Shown here: positions 42,701 through 54,361 of the stretch, in pieces
How positions within the stretch are numbered: the first letter of the stretch is position 1
How the letters are laid out: each line of letters begins with the position of its first letter
From: an uncultured delta proteobacterium
GTDB lineage: Bacteria; Desulfobacterota; WTBG01; CAIYCZ01
NCBI GenBank assembly: GCA_963803975.1
Contig: CAWDOY010000001.1
Location: forward strand, 157,463 to 221,462
Length of the DNA stretch: 64,000 nucleotides
Direction of reading: 5' to 3'
Program-made: the position numbers and the translations under genes
The notes under the pieces: model-generated
Databases searched by the model: none
The model's input: the letters and a program-made list of their open reading frames with translations, nothing else
What the model was told of the DNA's origin: nothing

Positions 42701-44591
42701 GCGCATCTCTAAAAAAACATCTGCGGCTGGCAGGGTCTGCTTTATCGGCGCGGGGCCGGGAGACCCGGAGCTTCTGACCATAAAGGGGCGTGCGGTGCTT
42801 AGCCGGGCGGACCTCATTGTTTATGCCGGCTCCCTGGTGAACCCGGCAATGCTTACCTGCGCGAAGAAAAGCGCCCGCACGCTTGACAGCGCCTCCATGA
42901 CCCTGCAGGAAATAACCGACGCAATGGTCCGCGCGGCGCGGCAGGGGCAACTGGTTGCGCGCCTGCACAGCGGCGAACCGTCAATATACGGCGCGATAGC
43001 AGAACAGATGGAGATTCTGCAGCAAAAAAACGTGGCCTATGCCGTGATCCCCGGCGTCACCGCGGCGTTTGCCGCAGCTGCAGCGCTGAAAAAAGAGTTT
43101 ACCGTGCCGGGCTTTTCCCAGACGCTCATCATTACCCGCCGGGCGGGACGGACCCCTGTCCCGGAGAAGGAAGCGCTTGCGTCTCTGGCAGCGCACCGGG
43201 CATCCATGGCGATTTATCTGAGCACCGGCATGCTTGATGATACAATACAGGAACTGCGTATAGGCGGTTATCCGGCGGATACCCCGGCAGCGGTTGTCTA
43301 CCGGGCAAGCTGGCCTGATGAAACCGTGGTGCGCGGAACGCTGGCAACCATCGCTTCTAAAGTAAAGGAGAAAAATATTCAGCGCCAGGCTCTGATTCTG
43401 GTGGGAGACGCTGTCGGGAAAAAACCGGGAGAGCGCTCACGACTGTATGCTAAAGAATTCAGCCATGGCTTTCGGCAGCTGAAAAAGAAAAAGAGAGCAG
43501 GCACTGGGATTATTGCCGTAACAGAAGACGGCGCGGGGATTGGCAGGAGCATCGTCAGCACCATGAAAAATGCGCGCCTTTTCCTGCCTGCTGCCATGAA
43601 AGGCGAGTGCAGGGGAAGAACTATTATATATTATACAAGCATGCAGGAAGCAGTGCGCGAAGTTTTTTCCTCCTGTCAGCAGATTATTTGCATCATGGCG
43701 GCAGGCATTGCCGTGCGCATGATTGCACCCTGCATTACCTCCAAGTGGGATGATCCGGCGGTGGTGGTTATGGATGACCGGGGAAAGAACATTATCAGCC
43801 TGCTGTCAGGCCACTGGGGCGGGGCCAATCAACTGGCCCGTGACCTGTCCGCAATGCTGGGCGGACACTGCGTTATTACCACGGCAAGCGATACCCGGGG
43901 GCTGCCGGCGCTGGATGTAATTGTTCAGCAGCTTGGCGCCGGAGATTTTTCAAAGAGCACGCTTAAAAAAGTGCAGGCTGAGATGATTGCCGGGAATCCC
44001 GTCGGGTTTTACCCGGCAGAGCTGCGCGCGCTGCCGGGCATGGAGGGGCATGCTCAGCTCTATTTTTATGACTCCCCCGCAGAGCTTCTTGCCTCGGGAT
44101 GCACGGCAGGCCTTCTCTTTTCCCATGACGCAAAAATACCGCAAAAAAAGAGCGGACGATTTCTTCGCATCCACCCGCGGGACCTGGCCGCCGGCATTGG
44201 CTGCAACCGGGGAGTAGCGGCACGTGACATACAGAAGGCAGTGGAAAAAATATTTAAAAAAATGAAACTCCCGATCGCTTCGTTATATTCACTGGCTACC
44301 ATTGCTGCCAAAAAGGATGAGCACGGGCTGCTGCGCTTTGCCCGGGACAATGCTCTGCCGCTGCAGTTTTATTCCGCGGCAGAATTAAACAGCGTGACAG
44401 TTCCTTCTGCTGAATCCGTGCATGCGCGCCGCGCCCTCGGCGTGCAGGGAGTTGCGGAGCCCGCAGCGCTGCTTTGCGCGCGGGGAGGGGAGCTGCTCAT
44501 GAAAAAAGAGAAGCTGGGCGAGCTGACGCTGGCCATTGCCCGCATGCCGTTTGCGCGGCTTATTGTTGAGAGAGTGCTTGCGCATGGATAA
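42684..44591 (+). CDS. cbiFG: CbiF-CbiG fusion
   Basis: FIGAGPGDPEL, YAGSLV, ARLHSGEPSIYGAI; then DPAVVV, SLLSGHWGGAN, GIGCNRG, GVAEPAA in a single frame. Confidence 0.9.
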   Translation: MEHTSKRISKKTSAAGRVCFIGAGPGDPELLTIKGRAVLSRADLIVYAGSLVNPAMLTCAKKSARTLDSASMTLQEITDAMVRAARQGQLVARLHSGEPSIYGAIAEQMEILQQKNVAYAVIPGVTAAFAAAAALKKEFTVPGFSQTLIITRRAGRTPVPEKEALASLAAHRASMAIYLSTGMLDDTIQELRIGGYPADTPAAVVYRASWPDETVVRGTLATIASKVKEKNIQRQALILVGDAVGKKPGERSRLYAKEFSHGFRQLKKKKRAGTGIIAVTEDGAGIGRSIVSTMKNARLFLPAAMKGECRGRTIIYYTSMQEAVREVFSSCQQIICIMAAGIAVRMIAPCITSKWDDPAVVVMDDRGKNIISLLSGHWGGANQLARDLSAMLGGHCVITTASDTRGLPALDVIVQQLGAGDFSKSTLKKVQAEMIAGNPVGFYPAELRALPGMEGHAQLYFYDSPAELLASGCTAGLLFSHDAKIPQKKSGRFLRIHPRDLAAGIGCNRGVAARDIQKAVEKIFKKMKLPIASLYSLATIAAKKDEHGLLRFARDNALPLQFYSAAELNSVTVPSAESVHARRALGVQGVAEPAALLCARGGELLMKKEKLGELTLAIARMPFARLIVERVLAHG

Positions 44592-45333
44592 TAAAAAAGG
44601 CATGCTATTTATCGTGGGCATCGGGCCGGGCAGCCTTGATGATATGACGCTCAGGGCTCGCGCAGTGATTGAGCGCTGTGATACCGTGGTCGGCTATACC
44701 ACCTATATCAGGCTGATCGAGCCGCTTATTGCCGGCAAGCAGGTGATTGCCAGCGGCATGACCCGGGAGCAGGAGCGCTGCTTACAGGCCCTTGATGAAG
44801 CGCGCAGCGGGAAAATCGTGGCGCTCATTTCAAGCGGTGATTCCGGGGTCTACGGCATGGCCGGCCTGGTGCTTGAGCTTTCGGGAAGAGAAAGCAGCGC
44901 TGAAGAAATCCCGATAGAAATAGTGTCCGGCGTGCCCGCGTTCATCGCCGCGGCTGCAGCGCTCGGGGCACCGCTCATGAATGATTGTGCCATAGTCTCG
45001 CTGAGCGACCTTCTGACCCCGTGGGAGACGATTGAAAAACGGCTCCTGGCAGCGGCAGCAGGAGATTTTGTGACGTGCCTCTACAACCCGAAGAGCAGCG
45101 CAAGAACCGAGCAGATAGAGCGGGCGGTAAAAATATTTCTCCGGCACCGGGGGGCGGATACACCGGCTGCTATTGTGCGGAGCGTTTCGCGGACGGAAGA
45201 AAAGATTATCAGAACCACGCTCGCGCGCGTTCCTGATTTTGACATTGACATGCTCTGCCTGGTGATTATCGGCAACAGCGCCACCGTGACGCAGGGCACG
45301 TGGATGATAACACGGCGGGGGTATGCGGTATGA
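44584..45333 (+). CDS. cbiH: cobalt-precorrin-3 C17-methyltransferase
   Basis: VGIGPG, VGYTTY, SSGDSGVYGMAG, SLSDLLTPW, YNPKS, ITRRGY. Confidence 0.95.
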   Translation: MDNKKGMLFIVGIGPGSLDDMTLRARAVIERCDTVVGYTTYIRLIEPLIAGKQVIASGMTREQERCLQALDEARSGKIVALISSGDSGVYGMAGLVLELSGRESSAEEIPIEIVSGVPAFIAAAAALGAPLMNDCAIVSLSDLLTPWETIEKRLLAAAAGDFVTCLYNPKSSARTEQIERAVKIFLRHRGADTPAAIVRSVSRTEEKIIRTTLARVPDFDIDMLCLVIIGNSATVTQGTWMITRRGYAV

Positions 45334-45869
45334 AGCAGGGCCTGGTAATCGTCAATACCGGTAATGGCAAGGGAAAAACAACTGCTGCCCTGGGGGCGGC
45401 TTTGCGGGCGGCAGGCACCGGGATGAACGTCTGCATCATCCAGTTTCTTAAAGGGAGCTGGAAATACGGCGAGCTTGAGTCTTTGAAAAAAATCCCTGCA
45501 ATTGAAATACACCAGATGGGAACAGGCTTCACCTGGGAGAAAGAATCGCTTGACGAGGACCGGAAACTCGCCCGCATTGCCTGGGACAAGTGCCGGGAAG
45601 CGGCGCTGTCAGGACAGTACGGGATGGTTATTTTTGATGAAATAAATTACGTGCTCAGCTACGGGCTGCTGGATGAGGAAGAGGTTCTGGCCTTTCTCCG
45701 GGAGCGGCCCGCGGGGCTCCACGTTATATTAACCGGCCGCAATGCACCCGAGCGTATTCAGGAGGCGGCTGACATGGTCACTGAAATGCGCGAGGTAAAG
45801 CATCACTTTAAAAAGGGCATTAAAGCGCAGCAAGGGAATAGAATATTAATAAGGGCTGGACAGGCTTAG
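45330..45869 (+). CDS. cobO: cob(I)yrinic acid a,c-diamide adenosyltransferase
   Basis: TGNGKGKTTAALG, QFLKG, FDEINY, ILTGRNAP; probable indel near the stop codon. Confidence 0.95.
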   Translation: MKQGLVIVNTGNGKGKTTAALGAALRAAGTGMNVCIIQFLKGSWKYGELESLKKIPAIEIHQMGTGFTWEKESLDEDRKLARIAWDKCREAALSGQYGMVIFDEINYVLSYGLLDEEEVLAFLRERPAGLHVILTGRNAPERIQEAADMVTEMREVKHHFKKGIKAQQGNRILIRAGQA

Positions 45870-45909
45870 GGTCAGCTAGATCAGCTATCACGAGCCTCGA
45901 GTCACGACT

Positions 45910-47418
45910 ATGTCCAGATCAATAATGTTCGTCGGCACATCTTCTGAGAGCGGTAAAAGCATTATGGCAACCGCGTTCTGCCGGATTTTAAAGAAGCGCG
46001 GCGTGCGCGTCGCGCCGTTCAAGGCGCAGAACATGGCGCTTAATTCCTATGTGACGCGGGACGGCAAAGAGATGGGCAGAGCCCAGGTGGTCCAGGCGGA
46101 AGCTGCCGGGCTTGAGCCTGATGTTGATATGAATCCCATCCTGCTCAAGCCCTCCTCTGAGATGGGGAGCCAGGTTATTGTCCAGGGCATTGTCCAGGGC
46201 ACCATGGAGGCAGCGGGCTACTATGCCATGAAGAAACTGCTCTGGCCGAAGGTTACTGAAAGCTATGACCGGCTTGCCGCTGCCTATGACTGTGTGGTGC
46301 TTGAGGGCGCGGGCAGTCCCGTGGAGATGAACCTGAAGGAAAATGACATCGTGAACATGGCCATGGCGCAGTATGCTGATGCCGGAGTAGTGCTGGTTGC
46401 CGACATTGACCGCGGCGGCGTTTTTGCCTCGATTATCGGCACTGTGGAGCTGCTGACGCCTGATGAGCGGGAGCAGCTGATTGGCATTATCATCAACAAG
46501 TTCCGCGGCGATCCGGCGCTGCTTGGTGACGGCCTCGCGTTCATTGAGCAGAAAACTTCGCGGCCGGTTCTGGGCGTTGTGCCCATGGTGCGGGACCTCT
46601 ACATACCCGGAGAGGATTCAGTGTCGCTGGACAGAAAGCGCTACAACCTGATGCATAACCGTGCCGCCGGCGCAGCAGTCGGCGTCATCCGGCTGCCGCA
46701 CATATCAAATTATACCGACTTTGACCCGCTGGAGGCGGATGTGCGGTTTACGCTCGATTATGTCACTGCGCCGCATCGCGTGAAGGATTATGACGCGGTA
46801 ATACTGCCCGGCAGCAAGAATGTCTTTTATGACCTCGGGTTTCTTCGTGAAACCGGTTTTGAACAGGCGCTCCGTGATTATCACGGCGCGGGGGGGAAGA
46901 TTGTCGGCATCTGCGGCGGCTACCAGATGCTGGGAGAGCGCATCGCAGACCCGCACGGCGTTGAGGACCAGGGTGGTGAGATAGACGGACTGGGGCTGCT
47001 CCCCGTATGTTCGATCATGGAGCAGCGCAAAATTACCTCACGGGTGCGCGCTCTGTTTCAGCTGCCCGGAACTGGAGAAAAAACAACGGTGGAAGGCTAC
47101 GAGATTCATATGGGCAGGACGTTTGCCGCAGCGGGTGCTGCTATCATGATGCTGCGAAGCAACGAGAATGCGGAAGAGGCCGGGGATAGCGCACGGCCGG
47201 ATGGCCTGGTGTGGGGCACCTATGTGCACGGATTATTTGAAAATGACGCCCTGCGGAAGCTGTTTCTCAAATGGATACTCCCCTCTGCTGCGATGTCGTC
47301 AGACGATGATTTTTCGTACCGGGCCTTCAAGGAGGAAAACTATGACAAGCTTGCTGCAGTTGTTGAGCAGCACGTAAACGTAGCCTGGCTGCTGGAAAAG
47401 ATAGGCATTGATAAATAG
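45910..47418 (+). CDS. cobQ: cobyric acid synthase
   Basis: GTSSESGKS, PFKAQNMALNS, EGAGSP, DIDRGG, GICGGYQMLG, GYEIH, GTYVHG. Confidence 0.95.
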   Translation: MSRSIMFVGTSSESGKSIMATAFCRILKKRGVRVAPFKAQNMALNSYVTRDGKEMGRAQVVQAEAAGLEPDVDMNPILLKPSSEMGSQVIVQGIVQGTMEAAGYYAMKKLLWPKVTESYDRLAAAYDCVVLEGAGSPVEMNLKENDIVNMAMAQYADAGVVLVADIDRGGVFASIIGTVELLTPDEREQLIGIIINKFRGDPALLGDGLAFIEQKTSRPVLGVVPMVRDLYIPGEDSVSLDRKRYNLMHNRAAGAAVGVIRLPHISNYTDFDPLEADVRFTLDYVTAPHRVKDYDAVILPGSKNVFYDLGFLRETGFEQALRDYHGAGGKIVGICGGYQMLGERIADPHGVEDQGGEIDGLGLLPVCSIMEQRKITSRVRALFQLPGTGEKTTVEGYEIHMGRTFAAAGAAIMMLRSNENAEEAGDSARPDGLVWGTYVHGLFENDALRKLFLKWILPSAAMSSDDDFSYRAFKEENYDKLAAVVEQHVNVAWLLEKIGIDK

Positions 47419-47512
47419 TTGAAGAGCTGTCGGAGTTGAGGAGTGCTATCAGCTTTTAACTCCTTAACTCCTAACTCCATAACTCCTAACTCGAAAGAGG
47501 GAGCAGGCTGAT

Positions 47513-48826
47513 ATGATTTCCCGTTCAAAGAAACTGTTCAGCAAAGCGCAAAAAATTATTCCCGGCGGAGTGAACAGCCCGGTCCGGGCATTCCGGGCCG
47601 TAGGCGGCAATCCCCTTTTTATCCGTCGCGGCACTGGTGCGCGAATTGAAGATGTTGACGGCACGCGCTACATAGACTATGTCTGCTCCTGGGGGCCGCT
47701 GATTCTGGGGCACGCGCATCCCGCCGTGGTCAGGGCCATTCAGAAGACTGCTGCGAGCGGCACCAGCTTTGGTGCGCCGACAGAGCTTGAGCTTGAGATG
47801 GCCGGGCTCATAACGGACGCTTTCCCGTCCATCGGGATGGTGCGCATGGTAAATTCCGGCACCGAGGCGTGCATGAGCGCAATCCGCCTGGCGCGCGCCT
47901 GCACCGGCCGCGATAAAATTGTAAAGTTTTCAGGCTGCTATCATGGTCATGCAGACGGCCTGCTGGTTGCAGCCGGCTCGGGCGCGGCGACGCTGAACAT
48001 TCCCACCAGTGAAGGAATTCCCGAAGCATATCTGGGAGAGACGCTGGTCCTGCCGTATAATGATATACCGGCGTGCGAAGCGCTGTTCGCGCAGCGTGGC
48101 AATGACATTGCCGCGCTGCTGGTAGAGCCTATAGCAGGCAACATGGGGGTGATTTATCCCCACCAGGGTTTTCTTGGCGGGCTGCGGAAAATAACCAGGA
48201 AGCACGGAAGCCTGCTTATTTTTGATGAGGTGATTACCGGGTTCAGGGTCGCCTGGGGAGGCGCGCAGACGCTTTTCAGCATCACCCCTGATATCACCTG
48301 CCTGGGAAAAATAATCGGCGGCGGGCTTCCCGTCGGCGCATACGGCGGCCGCAGAGAGATCATGCAGCAGGTGGCACCGCTCGGCGGGATGTATCAGGCC
48401 GGCACGCTCTCCGGCAATCCCGTGGCAATGGCTGCCGGCCTTGCGACGCTCAAAGAGCTGAAAAAGAAAGGCACCTACGCGCGGCTGGACAGCATGGGGA
48501 AATTGCTCTGCGCCGGCATCCGGGACCAGGCTGAAGAGCAGGGCATTACCGTGCGGGTCGAGGAGTGCGGCTCGATGTTTACCGTCTTTTTCAGCAACAC
48601 GCCGCCTGCCTGTTATGAAGACGTGCGAAGCTGCAATGTTGAGCAGTTTAAAGAATTTTTTACCGGCATGCTCAAAGAGGGAATTTATCTGCCGCCTTCA
48701 CAGTTTGAGACAGCATTTATTTCCCTGGCGCATACACGGGAAGATATTACTAAGACGATTGCGGCAGCAGGCAGGGTATTTAAGAAAATGAAGAAGTCAG
48801 AGCGGAGAACACAGAAGTCAGACTGA
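47513..48826 (+). CDS. hemL: glutamate-1-semialdehyde 2,1-aminomutase
   Basis: PGGVNSPVRAF, NSGTEA, FDEVITGFR, GKIIGGGLPVG. Confidence 0.97.
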   Translation: MISRSKKLFSKAQKIIPGGVNSPVRAFRAVGGNPLFIRRGTGARIEDVDGTRYIDYVCSWGPLILGHAHPAVVRAIQKTAASGTSFGAPTELELEMAGLITDAFPSIGMVRMVNSGTEACMSAIRLARACTGRDKIVKFSGCYHGHADGLLVAAGSGAATLNIPTSEGIPEAYLGETLVLPYNDIPACEALFAQRGNDIAALLVEPIAGNMGVIYPHQGFLGGLRKITRKHGSLLIFDEVITGFRVAWGGAQTLFSITPDITCLGKIIGGGLPVGAYGGRREIMQQVAPLGGMYQAGTLSGNPVAMAAGLATLKELKKKGTYARLDSMGKLLCAGIRDQAEEQGITVRVEECGSMFTVFFSNTPPACYEDVRSCNVEQFKEFFTGMLKEGIYLPPSQFETAFISLAHTREDITKTIAAAGRVFKKMKKSERRTQKSD

Positions 48827-49483
48827 TGACGCGTCCGTATACCATAAGCCTGAAGATTTGCGATAAGCCCTGTCTTGTTGTCGGCGGCGGCGATGTTGCC
48901 GAGCGTAAAGTAAAAACGCTGATTGCATCAGGGGCCCGTATAACGGTGGTGGCGCGTGAAGCAGGCGCAGGAATACACAAGCTGGCAGAAGACCGTGCCA
49001 TAATTATTCACCGGCGCAATGTCAGCGAAGATGATGTGCAGGGAAACTATCTGGTTATTGCCGCCACTGATGATCATGATACAAACCGGGAAATTGCCGG
49101 CTGGGCACGCCGGGCAGGGGCACTGGTCAATGTTGTGGACAGCCCCGAGGAATCGGATTTTTTTGTGCCCGCTACTGTGCAGCGGGGGGATTTAACGATC
49201 GCAATATCAACCAGCGGGAAAATACCGGCTCTTGCCCGTAAGATACGGGAAGAGCTTGAAGCGCAGTTTGGACCGGAATACGCCCTGTACGTGGAGCTTC
49301 TGGAAGAAGCGCGCAAAAGAATTTATGCCAGTGCCGCTGTTACGGAACCGGCTCAACAGCAGCATCCTGAGCGAGGCGACGGCTTTAGACCTGATCCCGC
49401 TGCTGCGGGATAATAAGCTTGCACAGGCGCGAACTGTTTTACACTCTTTTTTAAAGCAGCATGGCATTGAGGAAGCATCTTAG
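48826..49483 (+). CDS. sirC: precorrin-2 dehydrogenase / SirC-Met8-like (frameshift near 49345)
   Basis: LVVGGGDVAERK, AATDD, VNVVDSP..DF.VPA, ISTSG. Confidence 0.85.
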
Positions 49484-50397
49484 AATCGGCACCAGGAAAA
49501 GCACGCTGGCCATGATCCAGGCACGCCAGGTTCAGGAAGCCCTGGGCAGCGCCTGGCCGGACTGGACCATTGAGCTGGTACCCATAACCACCACCGGCGA
49601 CCGGTTCATCGATGTTCCCGTCGAGTCGATAGAAGGCAAAGGCATATTCCTCAAAGAGCTGGAGGAGGCGCTGCTTAATAAGACCATTGACTGCGCCGTG
49701 CATTCGATGAAAGATGTGCCGACGGAAATGCTTCCGGAACTCATGATCGGGGCGGTATTGAAAAGAGAAGATGCCCGTGACGCGCTCATTGCGGCATTCC
49801 CTCTCGCAGAGCTTCCCCGGGGTGCTGCCATCGGCACCGGAAGCAGCAGAAGGCGCTGTCAGCTCCTTCTGTGCCGGCCGGACCTTGCGATCAGGCCAAT
49901 ACGGGGCAACATTGATACCCGCATCAGGAAATGGCGGGAAGGCCGGTTCGACGGGCTGGTGCTGGCGCTGGCGGGACTTAAACGGGCCGGGATGGAGCAC
50001 CTGGCTGCGCAGGTCATCCCTGTTGAAACCATGCTGCCGGCAGCAGGGCAGGGGGCCCTCGGCATTGAAATCCGGGCTGCTGATAAAGGCCTGTTGGAGT
50101 GCATCGCGTTTCTTGATGACCGACGAGACCCATGCCGCTGTTGCTGCGGAGCGGGCATTTCTTGAAGCAGCTGGCGGCGGCTGCAGCCTGCCGATCGGCG
50201 TCTATGGAGAAGTGCGGGGAGACGTCCTGCATCTGGCCGGGCGCATTATCCAGGAAGAGAGCGATGCTGCTGCGGAAGGGATTGAATCGGGAAGTATAGA
50301 GGATGCAGCAGACATTGGCCGCAGGCTGGCAGAAAAGATATTTAAAAAGGTAATAGGAAACGTGAAACAGTGGAAAGTGGAACGTGGAAAGATGTGA
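49461..50397 (+). CDS. hemC: hydroxymethylbilane synthase (frameshift near 50125)
   Basis: [42 protein letters not shown]. Confidence 0.95.
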
Positions 50398-50477
50398 AAT
50401 ATGACTCTGACACTGTGGCATACTTGTCACCTTACACCTTTCACTTTAAACCTTCAACCCGTTTCAGGACACTATCA

Positions 50478-52032
50478 ATGAATGAGCAAAAAGGAATAGT
50501 ATATTTCGTTGGTGCCGGTCCCGGTGACCGGGGCCTTATGACGGTTAAGGGCAGGCGCATTCTGGCGCAGGCAGAAGTTGTCCTCTACGACAGCCTGGTT
50601 AATGCCAATATCCTTGACTGCTGCAGCCAGTGACGCGGAGCAGATCTGCGTGGGCAAGCGCGGGGGAGCACCGTCCCTGACCCAGGAAGAAATAAATAAC
50701 CTGCTGCTGGAAAAGGCCCGGCAGGGTAAACGGATTGTGCGCCTTAAGGGCGGAGATCCGTTTTTGTTCGGCAGGGGAGGGGAAGAGGCGCTCATACTGT
50801 CCCGGGCCGGGATACCCTTTCAGGTTGTGCCGGGCGTTCCGTCCGCTATTGCGGTGCCGGCTTATGCCGGCATTCCGGTGACCGACCGCCGCTATGCATC
50901 ATCGGTCGCCTTCATTACCGGGCACGAGAACCCCGGCAAGGACCGGCCAATAATCGCCTGGCAGGACATCGCCAATGGAGCTGAAACGCTCGTGTTCCTG
51001 ATGGGCATGCGCAATCTGTCAACCATTGTTGAGCAGCTTATCTTTAACGGCAGAAACCCGGAAACACCGGCCGCGGTGATACAGCAGGGAACGCTCGGCA
51101 GCCAGAAAGTAGTCGCGGGCACGCTTGACAGCATCTGCCGGATTGTCGAGCAGCACGCGCTGAAGCCGCCGGGGATTGTGGTGGTTGGCGAGGTGGTGAA
51201 ACTGCGGCAGGAATTGCGCTGGTTTGAGACCCTGCCGCTGTTTGGCCGGCGCATCATCATTACCCGTGAATATCAGGAGGAAGACACCTTATCAGAGCTT
51301 CTTGAAGAAAATGGCGCTGAGATAGTGCTGTTCCCGACCATATCGTTTCAGCCTCCCGACAGTTATGAAGAGGTGGACCGGGCGATTGCACAGCTCAGTG
51401 ACTTTCAGTGGATCATTTTTACCAGCTCAAACGGGGTCAGATATTTTATGGATCGGGTCTGGAGCCTGGGAAAAGATGTCAGAAGCCTCTCGCATCTTTT
51501 ATTTGCGGCTATCGGCAGCGGCACAGCACGCACCCTCATGAACCAGTATTTGAAGGCAGACCTCATCCCTGATGAATTCAGTGCTGAGGGAGTGGTGCGC
51601 GCATTCACGCAAGGGAACATAACCGGAGCCCGGATTCTCATCCCCCGGGCCCAGCAAGCGCGCGATGTGCTGGAGCAGGGCTTGCGGGCTTTGCAGAATG
51701 ACGTGCTGGCAGTGCCGGTCTATAAAACAGTGGTGCCTTCGGCCCTGCACCAGACCGAGCAGTTTGAGACGGTGCAGAATTGCGACTGCATTGTTTTTAC
51801 CAGCTCGTCAACAGTGCATAACTTTTTTGAGTACAGCACCCCCGCGGTCCTGCAGGAGCTTAAAGACATGGCAATCGCCTGCATCGGGCCCATCACCGAG
51901 GGGGCTTTGCGCAAGCATGGATTCAGCGCCGGGATAGTACCGGAGAAATATGATTTTACCTCTTTGGCTGAAGCGATAATAAAATACTACAAGGAGTTGA
52001 GGAGTGGAGGAGTTAAAGAGTTGAGGAGTTGA
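50478..52032 (+). CDS. cobA-hemD: uroporphyrinogen-III C-methyltransferase / uroporphyrinogen-III synthase fusion (frameshift near 50625)
   Basis: [49 protein letters not shown]. Confidence 0.93.
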
Positions 52033-52155
52033 AAAGGTAAAGAGGTGAAGAGTTGAGGAGTGCGAGAGAGGTGAACCTTTTAGCCTGTTAACCTTTTGTC
52101 CTTTTAACCTTAATTAACTCCGTAACTCCGCAACTCCTAAACTCCCGAACTCAAT
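51990..52155. repeat. palindromically arranged GAGTT/AACTC and AAAGG/CCTTT short-repeat array
   Basis: Purine-rich units followed by their complements; overlaps the end of cobA-hemD. Confidence 0.75.
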
Positions 52156-52160
52156 TATTT

Positions 52161-53118
52161 ATGGAACGGCTCAGACGTTTAAAAATGAAACCGGAGATGA
52201 GAGAGATGCTGCAGGAGACCGTGCTGCGCAGGGAGTCTCTCATAGCACCCTTGTTTGTTATCCATGGCACGGGCATTAAAAACCCTGTTGCAAGCATGCC
52301 GGGTGTTTTTCAGCTGTCCATTGACAACCTCATCCGGGAAGCGCGCGAGCTGCAGGATGCCGGCATCAAGGCAGTGCTCTTGTTCGGCATTCCCCGCATA
52401 AAGGATGACCGGGGCTCTGAAGCAACCAGCCCGGACGGCATCATCCAGCAGGCAGTCCGGGCACTGAAGGATGCCCTGCCGCAGATGGTCGTTATTACCG
52501 ACGTGTGCCTCTGCGAATATACCGCCCACGGCCACTGCGGCATCGTTGAAAAAGGGATTATTTTAAATGACCCCACCCGGGAGCGCCTTGCTGAAATGGC
52601 GCTCTCCCACGCGCGGGCAGGCGCTGACATGGTGGCCCCGTCCGACATGATGGACGGCACCGTGGCTGCAATCCGGCAACATTCTGGACAGTTCCGGCTT
52701 TGAAAATCTTCCTGTCATGTCCTATGCCGCGAAATTTTCCTCGGCGCTCTATGCCCCCTTCCGGGAGGCAGCGCAATCTGCGCCCGCATCCGGAGACCGG
52801 AAATCTCATCAGCTGAACGCTGCCAATGGCCGCGAGGCCCTGCGCTCACTTTCGCGGTGCGCTGCTGAGGGCGCTGATATCCTCATGGTGAAGCCGGCGC
52901 TTCCCTATCTGGATATTTTATGCAGAGCACGCACGCAATTCAACCTGCCGCTGGCGGCGTACCAGGTGAGCGGGGAATATGCCATGATACGGGCAGCAGC
53001 AGCTCAGGGATACATTGATGAAGAAAAAATTGTTCTTGAAACGCTGCTTGCCATAAAGCGTGCCGGGGCAGATTTGATTATTACCTATTTTGCAAAACAG
53101 GCGGGGAAGCTTTTATAA
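52161..53118 (+). CDS. hemB: porphobilinogen synthase (frameshift near 52680)
   Basis: [47 protein letters not shown]. Confidence 0.95.
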
Positions 53119-53149
53119 GCGAATGGGACGCAGATGGGCGCTGATTTTA

Positions 53150-53243
53150 AGGATTTTTAAAATCTCAGATTAGTCAAAACATTCGTACGCTGGCTGTGCG
53201 AAATTCATCAGGAATGAAACGAGCATTCACCGTACGTTGCAAT
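53150..53243 (-). mobile_element. degenerate partial copy of the MITE-like element
   Basis: CTCAGATTAGTCAAAACATTC...GCGAAA...GGAATGA...ACCGTACGTTGCAAT resembles 37025-37104. Confidence 0.55.
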
Positions 53244-53353
53244 CTATATATAGTTATCGGGATTGTATTGTAACCGAATGGGACGAGGATGGATGCGGAT
53301 ATTAAAGATCAGCGGGTATCAGCGAGAATCAGCGTCCACGATAAAAAGAGCAC

Positions 53354-54361
53354 ATGAAACCATTACTGACATTATTCGGCATTAACCATCGCACCGCACC
53401 CCTGTGCGTGCGCGAGCAATGCTCTTTTACCCATGAGCAGATCAGGGCCGAGCTGCAGCGCATGAGCACGATTTCCTCTGTTGACGGCTGCGTGCTGCTT
53501 TTCACCTGCAACCGGACGGAATACTATTTTATCTGCAGCGAAAAGCCCGGCCCCGTTCCCCGGAACATGCTGTTCCCTGAATCCCATATCTTCGGCAACG
53601 GGATGGGTGAGCATGTCTATTGCAAGGAGAACACAGCTGCGCTGCAGCATCTGTTCAGGGTCGCGGCAGGGCTTGACTCGCAGGTGCTGGGCGAAAATGA
53701 AGTGCTGTTCCAGGTGAAAGAGGCGTACCGGGTGTCACAGGAGACCAACTGCCTGGGAAAGAAGCTTCACCGGATTTTCGAGCAGACCTTCCGGGTGGGG
53801 AGAAAGGTGCGGCGTGAAACCGCCATTTCCAAGGGCAATGTATCCATCGCGTCGCTGGCAATAAAATATCTGGAGCGGGAGTGCGGGCTCACGGGCACCA
53901 AGGTGATGCTTATCGGGGTGAATAAGATAACCACGCAGATAGCGCAGTACCTGCTGGAGCATGCCCTGCACACCGCCTTTGTCGGCAACCGGACGTATGA
54001 AAAAGCAGCTGCGCTGGCCCGGAGCCTTGGCGGCGAGGCGTTTCATCTGGACCATCTCGAGGAGCTGATGCGGGAGGTGGATATTATCATCACCGCAACA
54101 TCAGCCCCGCATTTTATTATCAAAAAAGAAAAGGTACTGGACGCCCTCAATGCGCGCACCCGGCCCCTGTATATCATCGACCTTGCGGTGCCGCGGGATG
54201 TTGACCCCGCGCTGCAGCAGCATCCGCTGGTGCACCTGCATAACCTGGAGACGATCCAGCCGCTGGTCGATCACAATGCAGCCGCCAAGAGAGAGGAGGC
54301 GCAGAAGGCTGAAGCCATCGTAAGCGCGGAAGCGAAGCGTTTGGCGGAACGGTTTTTTTAA
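53354..54361 (+). CDS. hemA: glutamyl-tRNA reductase (short form)
   Basis: GINHRTAP..RE, TCNRTE, GLDSQVLGENE, DLAVPRDV. Confidence 0.9.
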   Translation: MKPLLTLFGINHRTAPLCVREQCSFTHEQIRAELQRMSTISSVDGCVLLFTCNRTEYYFICSEKPGPVPRNMLFPESHIFGNGMGEHVYCKENTAALQHLFRVAAGLDSQVLGENEVLFQVKEAYRVSQETNCLGKKLHRIFEQTFRVGRKVRRETAISKGNVSIASLAIKYLERECGLTGTKVMLIGVNKITTQIAQYLLEHALHTAFVGNRTYEKAAALARSLGGEAFHLDHLEELMREVDIIITATSAPHFIIKKEKVLDALNARTRPLYIIDLAVPRDVDPALQQHPLVHLHNLETIQPLVDHNAAAKREEAQKAEAIVSAEAKRLAERFF

